Source: a virus. Taken from it: a DNA stretch of 64,000 nucleotides. Location: IMG/VR virus record IMGVR_UViG_3300024052_000085, positions 14,759 through 78,758 of that record; one strand, given 5' to 3'. The translations under genes and the position numbers were made by a program. This document shows positions 18,792 to 29,500 of the stretch, in pieces; the stretch's first letter is position 1; the number at the start of each line of letters is the position of its first letter. A model generated the notes under the pieces. The model was not told the DNA's origin and made no database searches. It worked only from the letters and a program-made list of their open reading frames with translations.

Positions 18792-19382
18792 TTGGAACTT
18801 ATTATAACGCTTATAAAATCATTCAGTCTTATGATGGGTATCTCAGGCGGAACATTATTAGTATTCGGTCTAGCGATGATCGTTTGGGTCCGCAAGAACG
18901 CTAAGTCAAAAGTATTTGCATTTTTTGTAGAACCTAATAGAGAATTAACCACAGAACTTATTACAATAGATCCTCAAAGCAATCCAGATAAAGTACGTTC
19001 GGAAGATGGCGGCGATTATCTAATACATCCTACTAAAATGTTTTGGCATTCATGGCCACCTGGATTTCCATCTTGGGTTAAAGAACCAATTCCTGCTTGC
19101 TTATATGTTAGAAATCAAGCAGAACCTTTAGATCCTGTAAACACTAAATCTATATTAACTGCTCACTCTCTTCGTTATATGACAGATGAAGAAATGTTAA
19201 GACAAACGTGGAAAGATGCAAGAGAACAATTAGATGCAGATAAACCATTCAATCAGTCAAAAATAAGTTTATATCTTTCTGTAGCAATAGTAATAGCACT
19301 TTGTGCTGTTGCTTATATGTCTTATAATAGTATGTCTATAATGCAAGAGATTCAGTTACTACTTCAAGGAGCTGCATCGTAA
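18792..19382 (+). CDS. Membrane protein with N- and C-terminal TM helices
   Basis: TTG start with strong RBS; two hydrophobic segments. Confidence 0.75.
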   Translation: MELIITLIKSFSLMMGISGGTLLVFGLAMIVWVRKNAKSKVFAFFVEPNRELTTELITIDPQSNPDKVRSEDGGDYLIHPTKMFWHSWPPGFPSWVKEPIPACLYVRNQAEPLDPVNTKSILTAHSLRYMTDEEMLRQTWKDAREQLDADKPFNQSKISLYLSVAIVIALCAVAYMSYNSMSIMQEIQLLLQGAAS

Positions 19383-19705
19383 TGGCTATAATACCTAGAG
19401 GTTTACTTGATGATGAGATGGGGGAGGATCCTCGTCCAGCTCCTTATAAAGTATTATTTGATAGTGACGATACGGAGTTAATTAAAATAACAGAAACTCC
19501 TACAAGAATGATACTTCCAATGGTTAGAATGGCTTTGATTGATCAAGCTACCAATAAAAAAAGAAAGGAGTCTCTCATAAGTATTTTTATGAGAAACTTT
19601 GACTCTAGAATGATTTCTAGAGATCGTAAAGGAAGAATAGAAGCAGTTCAACTCCTTCAAAATAGAAGAATGGAAGAAGAAGGGTCTGACGATATTCCGT
19701 TATAG
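19382..19705 (+). CDS. Hypothetical morphogenesis-module protein
   Basis: Coupled ORF before the ATPase; MISRDRKGRIE. Confidence 0.7.
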   Translation: MAIIPRGLLDDEMGEDPRPAPYKVLFDSDDTELIKITETPTRMILPMVRMALIDQATNKKRKESLISIFMRNFDSRMISRDRKGRIEAVQLLQNRRMEEEGSDDIPL

Positions 19706-19716
19706 GACATTAAATT

Positions 19717-20514
19717 ATGGCTACAGAATTAATAACACCAGATACAGAACTAGTAACTGCTACTCCACAGCAGGTAGAAAAACCTTGGAACAAACTTACT
19801 CAAGCTGAACAAAGAGTTCTTATAGCTCAGGCTAAGCAAGAAAGGATTCTCCAAAAACAAGCTGAAGCTATAGGTTCTCTAGTACGTAACATTACATTAT
19901 TCGAAGGTAAAAAGGGTAGAGGTAAAACTCTAGCTGCAGTAGCTATGGCTTATCAAATGAGAGAGTTTTTTGATATTCCAACTACTGTTATAGGCTCCAG
20001 TATGGATCTTACTGATAAATATGGTCCTTACACTTTCTTAGATGAGAGAGAGTTTATAGATAATCTAGATCGCATTACCAAAATCAGTAAAGGTACTGAA
20101 GATGCTGAAGTAGGTGATGCTATAGAACAAGTTATGGATAATATGGGAATCTCAATCCATAATTCTCTTCTAGTATTCGACGAGGCTTACAAGTTCTTCG
20201 ATGCTAGAACTCCTTCTGATAAGTTAGTTAGAGTATTCGGATACTTTGTAGCCCAGAGTCGTCATTATAAATGTAGTCTATTCTTAATATCTCCAAATAG
20301 AGATATGATAGATAAAAGAGTACGTAGACAGATAGATTGGTTTGCTAGATGTTTTACAAATAAGAGAACCAACATTACAACTGTAAGACTTACAGGCGGT
20401 GTTGAATCTTGGAAGCTTAGAGTTAACGGTCCTACCTATTGGGATATGTATGACACTCATGCTATACTTGGTTTTAGAGCTAAGCATCTCAATATAACGA
20501 CAGAACAACAATGA
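19717..20514 (+). CDS. Zot-like (FtsK/HerA-type) morphogenesis/packaging ATPase
   Basis: GKKGRGKT, LLVFDEA..FFDAR, QSRH, IDKRVR. Confidence 0.85.
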   Translation: MATELITPDTELVTATPQQVEKPWNKLTQAEQRVLIAQAKQERILQKQAEAIGSLVRNITLFEGKKGRGKTLAAVAMAYQMREFFDIPTTVIGSSMDLTDKYGPYTFLDEREFIDNLDRITKISKGTEDAEVGDAIEQVMDNMGISIHNSLLVFDEAYKFFDARTPSDKLVRVFGYFVAQSRHYKCSLFLISPNRDMIDKRVRRQIDWFARCFTNKRTNITTVRLTGGVESWKLRVNGPTYWDMYDTHAILGFRAKHLNITTEQQ

Positions 20515-20717
20515 TCTTGACTCTTACAACCTCAGGAAGAAGAAAAGCTAAGGACGTTATGGGTAAAGGGATAGAGCAATCTATCCTTTCTACCTTAGAA
20601 GAGAATGGTCCTGCTACTATCGAAGAACTAGCAAAAGATATTGCCATTGCAGAGTTTAAAGTTAAAGAAGCTGCTGCTAAGCTAGCTAACGGCAATTATC
20701 TTACGAGGGAAGACTAA
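20511..20717 (+). CDS. Small winged-helix protein
   Basis: ILSTLEENGPATIEELA...L..GNYL. Confidence 0.7.
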   Translation: MILTLTTSGRRKAKDVMGKGIEQSILSTLEENGPATIEELAKDIAIAEFKVKEAAAKLANGNYLTRED

Positions 20718-21022
20718 TGCCTGCTCTGTTTTTTATCTTAGGATCTGTAATGCTATTTATGTTTATATTTATAGCAGGCAAAACAGGTCTAGGTACTATA
20801 AAACCTTTACTCTCAGTAGCTTATGTGGGTCTCTGGTTATATTGTATGTTTGAAGCTGTAATGATATTTTCTACAGATAGAAAAAAGGGTAAAATGACTG
20901 TAGAAGAAGTACAGTCTGAATATGGAAGAAGAATTGGAGGAGGAAGAAGGAGAAAAAGAATTAGTACTCAGGAAGCTTATGCTGCAAGGATAGCAGCTTA
21001 TGGTGAAGTATACAAAAGATAA
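20717..21022 (+). CDS. Two-TM membrane protein with basic tail
   Basis: Hydrophobicity pattern. Confidence 0.7.
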   Translation: MPALFFILGSVMLFMFIFIAGKTGLGTIKPLLSVAYVGLWLYCMFEAVMIFSTDRKKGKMTVEEVQSEYGRRIGGGRRRKRISTQEAYAARIAAYGEVYKR

Positions 21023-21114
21023 TGTTTACATTTGAACAAAGACATATTTTATTGTTTGCAGTAATTGGAATTGTATTAATAGCTACGTTTATAGTTTTAT
21101 ATGATACGCCGTAA
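21022..21114 (+). CDS. 30-aa single-TM peptide
   Basis: TAATG-coupled; MFTFEQRHILLFAVIGIVLIATFIVLYDTP. Confidence 0.55.
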   Translation: MFTFEQRHILLFAVIGIVLIATFIVLYDTP

Positions 21115-22207
21115 TATAGTAATCACGTCACTCCTAATAATTGTATTAGCTCTCATTCCGATGAGGGCTTTTGCTCTGTCTGATGTTCCAAATAAATTTG
21201 AAATTATAGACGTTATCAAAGCTCGTAGTGTAGTAGAAGTCGGAGATGCTTTATACATTATGCAGTACAATGTAGAATATACTGCACCAGCTTGGAGTTC
21301 TGCCTTTGATTCAATAGGAGGTTCAGGTTCAGGTATTGATGGAACTTTCCTAGGTGCTCTAAGAGACTATGATAGTACAGGTCCGTCCTATAATGATGCT
21401 GCTGGATTAATTGGAGGTATTTATACTGGCTCTAGTTTACAAGAAGGGTACGGATACGGAATTTGGTCTATATATGCATCTGCTAATACTTATGCTACTT
21501 ACACATTTCCTAATGAAGAAGTTTTGTGTATGTTTAACGGTGCAAATGGGCCCGCTAACCAACTAATATGTAAAAATGCAGGTGACTTTGAAGAAGTAGG
21601 TTATGACAACCTAATAAATAATAGCGGTCTTCAGACTGAAGTAGTTAAGATGTTTAATACTTTGGAGATTCAATGGGACCAGATTAACCAAACCCAGAAT
21701 AGTGGAGCTCCAAATAGTATTGACTTAATAAATATAGCCTCTAATGGAGAACCTCTATTAACTGCTTTAGGTTCGGATTATGCAAATAATACTATACTTA
21801 AATTAAAGTTAGCTTTGGTAGACCTCTTTGAGGCGGGTACTGTTTCACCTAGTTATATAGAAGAAACTTTTGATACTACTTATTCAGACAATATGACTAA
21901 CTATTTTGTAGGTACTGATTTAGATCAAGATCCTGCGTCAGGCTCTCCTTTAGTTATGTTAGGTGTCTGGTTAAGTATGCCTACTATAGTTGTTTCTACT
22001 TTAATAGTTCTTATGGTAGGAGGTAGTATTGCGGGAGCTACTATAATAGCTACAGGACGTTCTGAGATAGGAATGTTCTCGATGATAATGATAATTCAAG
22101 TAGCTGCATTTGTTGGAATGATAAGCTTTGCAGTAGCAGCAATCTTAGCAATGTTAGGAGCTTTAGCATTGGGTTACATATTCTTCTATAAGAGTAGTAC
22201 ATCTTGA
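21101..22207 (+). CDS. Secreted protein with C-terminal TM anchors (putative virion protein)
   Basis: Signal peptide ending AFA; three C-terminal hydrophobic helices. Confidence 0.7.
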   Translation: MIRRNIVITSLLIIVLALIPMRAFALSDVPNKFEIIDVIKARSVVEVGDALYIMQYNVEYTAPAWSSAFDSIGGSGSGIDGTFLGALRDYDSTGPSYNDAAGLIGGIYTGSSLQEGYGYGIWSIYASANTYATYTFPNEEVLCMFNGANGPANQLICKNAGDFEEVGYDNLINNSGLQTEVVKMFNTLEIQWDQINQTQNSGAPNSIDLINIASNGEPLLTALGSDYANNTILKLKLALVDLFEAGTVSPSYIEETFDTTYSDNMTNYFVGTDLDQDPASGSPLVMLGVWLSMPTIVVSTLIVLMVGGSIAGATIIATGRSEIGMFSMIMIIQVAAFVGMISFAVAAILAMLGALALGYIFFYKSSTS

Positions 22208-23529
22208 AAAAGAAAAATCTAGTAACTATAATATTAATAACACTTACTACTCTTCTTTTAGGAGGTGTAGTTCAAGGGGATTCGGTACACGTAGGAGGAG
22301 CTGCATTAGTTCAGGGTATTGAAGTTCCTGCAGCCTCTGTTGCGGCTGTAGATGTTACTGTAGCTGTAAAAATTGATAGTGAATCCGAAATAGCTTCTGG
22401 TATAAGCGACGATGAAGTAGGAGATACTGGAGTTGCAACTGCTTTGATAACAATGCAATTGCATTCAGGAACTACTGATGTTCCTTTTATGCCTGGAACT
22501 AAGAATCAGCCAATACTTCAATATATAGATAAAGTGGGGACTAATGTTACCTCAGGTACTACTACACCTGCTTATAGTGGAGTAGGTGAAGATTTATTAC
22601 CCTCTGCCCCTGCTGAAGAAGTATTTATGGCTATAGATCATAGAGCTCTTACTTTAGAAATGGATATGGGTCAAACTTCTTCAGGTACTTCAAGTGATTG
22701 GGAACTATACTATTTTAATCCTACAACCAATCTTTGGGTACTTTTTCCTGATGCTGAGGCACGTTTTACTACAACAGTAGGTCTTACAACTTTAAGTAGT
22801 ACTACTGATCTACCTCTTGGGTGGACTAAAGGTACTCCGACAGACTTTGTAAGTATGACAGCTAATGCTTATTGGATTAAACTTAAACAAATAGCTGTAA
22901 TAACTCCAAAGGTTCCGCAAGTAAAAACGATAGAATATAGAACAGGAATCATGTTGTTTCATATGGATGAACATCAGATAAGCTTTGCGCAAGACTTCCT
23001 AGTCTATAAAGGAGGTACTACTACAATGAGAACGTTTAATAGTTATTTTCCAGGCTTTGATGGAATTACCCAAGCAGATCAGCCTTATCTAGAAATGAAT
23101 TATGGAGCAACTACATCAGGATCTACTGATTGGGGTTTTGAAAGTTCTGTAGGCCTTAATTTAGACAAGAATGAATCGGGAAGTATATTTTCTAAATCAG
23201 GTTCTATGACTTTTAACTTTACTACAGCTGCTGCAGCTGGAGGTAATAACGCATTTACATTGTCTACGCCTGGATCTTCAAGCTACTACGGAGAATGGTC
23301 ACATAATGAAAATGATGGTGGTGGTTATTATTCAGGAGCTGGAATAGAATCTCACTCAAAAGGATTTACTAATAAAGCAAGTAAATATAAAACAGCGAGA
23401 GAAGAAGATAATTCGGATAGCGTAACCTCAGATACCGGCGTAGTCGGAATAAGTAATTTAAAAGGAACAGATCCGGGGGGAACTGACACTACTCCCGTTT
23501 TTGGAGCGAAATTAAATGACCCTAGTTAA
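22204..23529 (+). CDS. Secreted beta-rich putative virion protein
   Basis: Signal peptide; S/T/G-rich. Confidence 0.7.
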   Translation: MKKKNLVTIILITLTTLLLGGVVQGDSVHVGGAALVQGIEVPAASVAAVDVTVAVKIDSESEIASGISDDEVGDTGVATALITMQLHSGTTDVPFMPGTKNQPILQYIDKVGTNVTSGTTTPAYSGVGEDLLPSAPAEEVFMAIDHRALTLEMDMGQTSSGTSSDWELYYFNPTTNLWVLFPDAEARFTTTVGLTTLSSTTDLPLGWTKGTPTDFVSMTANAYWIKLKQIAVITPKVPQVKTIEYRTGIMLFHMDEHQISFAQDFLVYKGGTTTMRTFNSYFPGFDGITQADQPYLEMNYGATTSGSTDWGFESSVGLNLDKNESGSIFSKSGSMTFNFTTAAAAGGNNAFTLSTPGSSSYYGEWSHNENDGGGYYSGAGIESHSKGFTNKASKYKTAREEDNSDSVTSDTGVVGISNLKGTDPGGTDTTPVFGAKLNDPS

Positions 23530-26500
23530 ACATGCAGACAAGTCCTGGATTTTAACCTGGACTTTAAGTCTTTTAACGATTTTAGGTTTTATAGGTTTAC
23601 TAGTATATTCTAGTTTACCTACAACTGTACTTGCTAGTCATGATCCTACAGCAGATCCCGATGACCCACATGCTGCCTTTAGAGTAGTTGATGTTAGGGA
23701 GGCTTACGGCAGGTTAGTACTTGAAGTTCAACACTTTAAGTCTAATGGAGACCATTGGTTCTATGAAGTTTATACTTGGGAAGGTACAGAAGAATTTAAT
23801 AGACTTCCAGCTATTAATCCTCAGGGTCAATTATTATTAGAAGATAATAGTATTGCTCCTTATATTGCTAATCCTGAATATAATGAAGTAGGTATACTAA
23901 ATCTAGACGAGTACAGAAAGGATGTTCCTCCAGAAGTACAGTACATACCAATTAAGAAAGTAGAGTTTGAATTCCAAAAGGTAATAGAGGATGTAATTCC
24001 GTCAGATCCAGGAAAAGATACTTACTTTCAGTTTCTTGTAACTTCAGGGGAAACTATAGGCTGGGAACAAGAGCAAGTTCTACAGAAACTAGGCCCACCC
24101 CTATCCAGTTCAAATAACGTAGTTGGAGATTTAGCCCCCGTAGTTGGGGATACATTAACTTATATTTACAGTGATGGTCCTGAACTACAATATTCTAATG
24201 AGACAGCCTTAAATAAAGAGGCTATTATTCAACAGGTAGCCTCTATTCATCAAGTACGCACAGAAAAGGGTTGGACAGGTAATAAGGGTAGAGTATTATC
24301 TCCTGAAGTTAAAAGCACTCCTAAATCAATAGAGGGAGCTAAACTTCTAAGTATTAGATTTGCTCATCTACAGGGAACTACTTATTTTGAAGATGGAACT
24401 ATATTTAATGGAGACACTGATCTCTTAGCAGGTATTGACGATTATTTTGAGAGAGTTGATTTAAGGACTGATAGAAGTAAGACCTACAGTATTGGAGAAG
24501 ATCTATATAGAACTGAACTGTATCAGACTGCTATTCATAGTGAAAATGAAAATGGAGAACTCTTAGATATATCCTATGACTTCATCAGAGTGCCAGATAC
24601 CGATACCTGGGTAATGGGGACTCATCCAGATTATAAAGTTATTGCTGATGAATCTACTCTAACTATAATAGATCCCACAGACACATATGGAGGTAGATGG
24701 TATACTCCTGCTCCTCTAACTTTTAAGGATAATACTGCTTACTACTATGATGATGGATTAAAGTGGGTCTATTCTCTAACTCCTTCTGGAATAAAACTTG
24801 ATGCTGAAGTTCATGAACCTAGGGGAGAAAGAGACTATGAATTTACTTTCTTACCTTTGGGTGAAGGTATACAACCCTTTAGAATAGATAGTGATGGTAA
24901 TGCAGTAACTGCTGATAGAGCTGTATCCACTACAGGTGGGGAAATTTACTTTGACTTTACTTTAAATGAGAATGATTATAGTATTGAACCTCAGTTAGTT
25001 GTTCCACGAGCTTTTGCTGAATTTGGAGAGGATATTAATAAAGTAAGGGTGAGTGCTTCTCCTTGGGAGATAGTAGACGACTATACGATTAAATTTACTT
25101 TTGATGATAAGGATATAACGAGTTATCCTTATGTACTTGATCCTACTACTACTATTTCACTAGTTGGAAATCCTCTACAAAATGGTATGATGTTCGGGAC
25201 TATGTACTGTAATCCTATAACAGCTGGGTTTTACCCAAACTGGACTTGTGGTAGTGTTCATGGAACTGGACCAGAAGACTATTATATAGGTAAGTCTTCT
25301 GGTTCAGCTTATGAAGCAAAGAGGGGGATGATTAAGTTTGACTTGAATAGTCTTCCTGCAGGTATTGTTATAACTAGAGCTTATATAGATATGTATAACT
25401 TTACTGGTGGAAGGAACTTTGATTCCACAGATTATGGGGATGACCGTATTAATTTCCATAGACTTAGAAAAGAATGGGATATGAACGCAAACTGGACTAA
25501 AGCTACCAATAGTGTAAACTGGACAGGAGGTGGTGCTAGTCAAGACTGTTGGCATATAACTGCTAATAGCAATACTGGTTGTGATAGAGATACTGAAGTG
25601 TCTGCATCACTTGATGCTTATTCTGCTACCTCTCATCCTAATGATAGCAATGCAGACTGTAACTGTTGGCATAGATGGGAAGGTGAAAAGTTATTAGTAG
25701 ATGTTAGGCAGATGTATAGTGGTATGCGCCCTAACTATGGATGGGTTATTGAACATCCTCAAGCTGAAAACTCTGCTAAACTGCAGGGTACCTGGGCCTA
25801 CTGGTATTATGGCTATTATGGCTATAACCAAGTAGTAACACTTGGTCTTGCTACATATGCTCCACATATGACTGTGGAATATACTTTCCCTTCAATTGAC
25901 AGTTGTGTTACTCAGACTAATTGGTATACAACAAATCAGGGTAGTTCCCCAGCTATGTGGGATGGTCAGATAGCTCACAACAATAACCACGTTGCTGCAA
26001 CCTTCGTAACTAGAACTAGAGAACCTACAACATCTAATTCTGGGAACGCTAATTATGATACTGATATTACTGATACCCATATTAAAGTAGGTTGGTATGC
26101 AAAGCAAGGTATGACAAACGTTTTCTGGATACAACGAGGTGTTGTAATGTACGACACTTCAAATCTTCCAGATGATGCTATAGTAGTAGATGCAAAGTGG
26201 CACTTCACAATTAGTGCTAAAGCCAACCAAAATACTTCTGTTACAGCTGAATATGCCTATGATGGGTCTGTTGGTAGTTTCAACTCCTTAGCTAGTCAAT
26301 CTATAAATTTAGTTGGACTGAATTATACAGACCCTGATGGACTGAATCCTAATAGTGGTTTAGCTGGAGCTAATAGACATGACTTAACTAGTATGACCAC
26401 TTGGAATACTAATGACTATGGCGTCCTAAAACGTTCTGTAGAACCAATGACAGTAGATATGTATATCTACGATGCAAAACAGAATTCTCAAGGTAATATT

Positions 26501-29500
26501 AACAATGCAGGAGGAGGCCTTTACGGTCAAACACATTATGTAGATAGTCCCTATCATCATAGAGACCTTACAGACTTTGGTATGGCCTACATAAATAAAA
26601 CTGGTATTACTAAGTTTGCAATTCTACATAGTGATGATAGACAAGGTGACCCTCCTATTTGGTATAATGACTTGTGGTCTTACCTCAATATAGCCTCTTC
26701 TGAGGCAGGTTCTCAGTATGAACATAAGTTAGAAGTTACTTATAGAGTACCTTGTGCTGAAGTGGGTACTGAAGCTACAGATACAGTTACTAATACCGCA
26801 GTTAGTACATACTATGGTACAGATGCTAATGACGATTGGAGTTATCAAATAGGTAACTATCCTGCTCAGGGAGCTACTAGAAAATGGCATGGTATGTGGG
26901 CTGATTCAGCTCATGCTATGCAGAACGCTTCCATTCTGTATTTGAGTTTTGGTCAACATAGTTCAGGGCAAACTAACTGGTCAACCCTTGCTGGGGATGA
27001 ATACTACTTTGCTTTTAGATCTGTAGTTAACTTCGATACTAGTAACCTCCCAGATTATACTCAATGTACGTCTGCTACTCATACTTCTTATCCAGCTGTA
27101 GATGGAGAGTATCAGACATACAACTCAGCTGGTTATGAATGGTATAACATGACCAATGAGAACAGAACTACTGGCTCCAATACTCAAACAACTGATTCTA
27201 CATCTACTACTATGAGAGTAGGGTTCCAGATGCATTCTACTCAAAGGAAGTATACTCATCAGTGGCGATCTGAATTACAGTTTGATACTTCAGGTATTCC
27301 AGCTAATGCTGTAATTACTGATGCTACCTTAAGGTTGAAGAAAGCTAACTCACCTGGTGTTTATAGTGCTAATTCTGTTGTAGGTATGGAGAGATCTAAT
27401 ACTTGGGGTGCTGGACCTAATGGTACTAGCCTACAAGAGGATGACTATGATAATATGGACTTTAGAGCCATAGCTTTTGGTCAACCAAATGATACTGCTC
27501 CAGGTATTAAGTATTTCCAGATTAATAGCCTGGGTCTTGAGAACTCAATAAAGAAAGGTGTTGGGGCTATTACTCAGTTAGGCCTTATGGATTCAAGGAT
27601 ATTAAATAATAAAGAGATTTGGAACGGCAGCAACAGTACTGCTACCTCATGGTATACAGTAGAGAATGGTAACGCTACCACTAAACCTCAATTATCTGTA
27701 AACTACTATGTACCTTGTGACAATGGTATTATAGATGCATGGTTAGACCTTGGAATCTCTGGAGCTAGACTATGGTCTAAAAATAGTCCACTAGGAGCCC
27801 ATAACTGGTTTGGCTCAGGAAATGCATACACACTTAACTCCTTAAAACCTCATCCAGAAAGTGACCTAACAGTTGTGGGAGTAAAGGTAGAAGCTGGGCA
27901 TGCGGATAACTATGGTTCTGCTGTAGCTAGTGATTTCCATAAACATACTAAAGGCCAGATTACAGAAGAAATACCTGCTGTTAGGATGAACTGGGACGAT
28001 TATACTAGATTCCAGTTTACTGATGAAGGTCTATATTCTGTAAATACAACTGGACATACTCAAATAGGTTTGCAGTTAGGTAATGACTACTGGGATTATG
28101 AACCAGTACATAATGGAGGAGGGTGGTCCTACGAAATTGTTCTCCATTCCTATACTGATGCTACTTCCAGGCCTAAGTTAACTGTTGTTCATGGTTATCA
28201 GAATCAAGCAGCTTTCTATTCTAATGCTATACATAATAAAGTATTAACTATCAATACTAGTGGTACTACTTGGGTAAACCCTCTGACTAATACCATGAAA
28301 CAGGATATAATAAATGGTATAACAGGTCACTTATCTGAAAGTACTTCTTGGAATACTGCTGTTAAAGCCAATATGTCAGTTGGAGAAGTAATAAGGACTG
28401 ACGATGATACAGTTACTATAACTTTCGGGAATCATAGTACTTATGCTCCTAGTGTAGCTGAAACTATGACCATACTTATACCTGCTAGTGCTACTAACGA
28501 TGCTCTTGCTAGTCTACCATCTCGTAGTACTTTTCAGGTAGATCCTGTTCCATTTTCTTTTACAGCAGCAACTCCTACAATGGCTACTAATACAGGTCCT
28601 TTGACTTTAACCTTAACAGGTGCAGGTCTTCCCCCAGGAGGTAGCTTACCTTTCCAAGGATCAGAAGATGTAAGGATGCAGAAATCTGGTGAACCTGATA
28701 TTGTATGTTCAGGAGTTTCTGGAGGAGGTAGCTCGTCTGTTGTTAGTTGCCCTACAACTGGAGCACCTGTAGGAGCTTGGGATATTAAAGTTATAAACGG
28801 TGCAGGACTAACTGGTACACTTTCTGCTAATACTACTTTATATTCTCCTTGGTCTAGTACAGTAAATGGAGGAGACTTTAGTCCTGGAGGATCAGACTAT
28901 GGTGTATTTGCTCATGATGCAGTTCCCTACTTCACAGTTCAAGCTTTTGATGAAGTAGAAAAAGAATGGGGTGTCGCTTCTAGTCCTCCTACTTCATTAC
29001 CTACTACTGCTGGTATGGATGCTGAATTTAATTTAACAAAGACTAGAATAGTAGTTGCTACTTCTACAACTATAACCCCTTTATATGCTTATGAGTTTTC
29101 ACCTCTAACAGGAGTTATTGGAGGAACATCTTCACCTGCTTCACCAACTCTTATGGGAACTACCTCTTTAGACTTTGGATATGCCGATAATGTTATCGGA
29201 ACAACAACTACTGGTGGTGACTATTTCTACATAAATGATGTTGACACATCAGCTGCTATAGCTAGCTTCTGGACTAGTACATTAGCTAATACTTCTACTA
29301 AACCTACAGCTACTTGTAACGATATTGATGTTACGGTAAGTTATATAGCTGTAGGATGTGATTCTGCTCCCTACTTATTTGTATACAACTTCGATAACGC
29401 TACTCCTGCTATAGGTACTAAACTTAGTGATCCTGCTAATCCTCCTACAGCTTCTGTAACTGGAGTCGAGTTTAGTCCAGACATGAATAAGATAGCTATA

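Noticed and set aside
11281-20514. Conjugative pilin/T4SS or an inovirus
   Set aside because: No VirB4-size ATPase, coupling protein or relaxase; genome size, PolA and a two-helix capsid without a rolling-circle Rep do not fit a small ssDNA inovirus. Not formally excluded without searches
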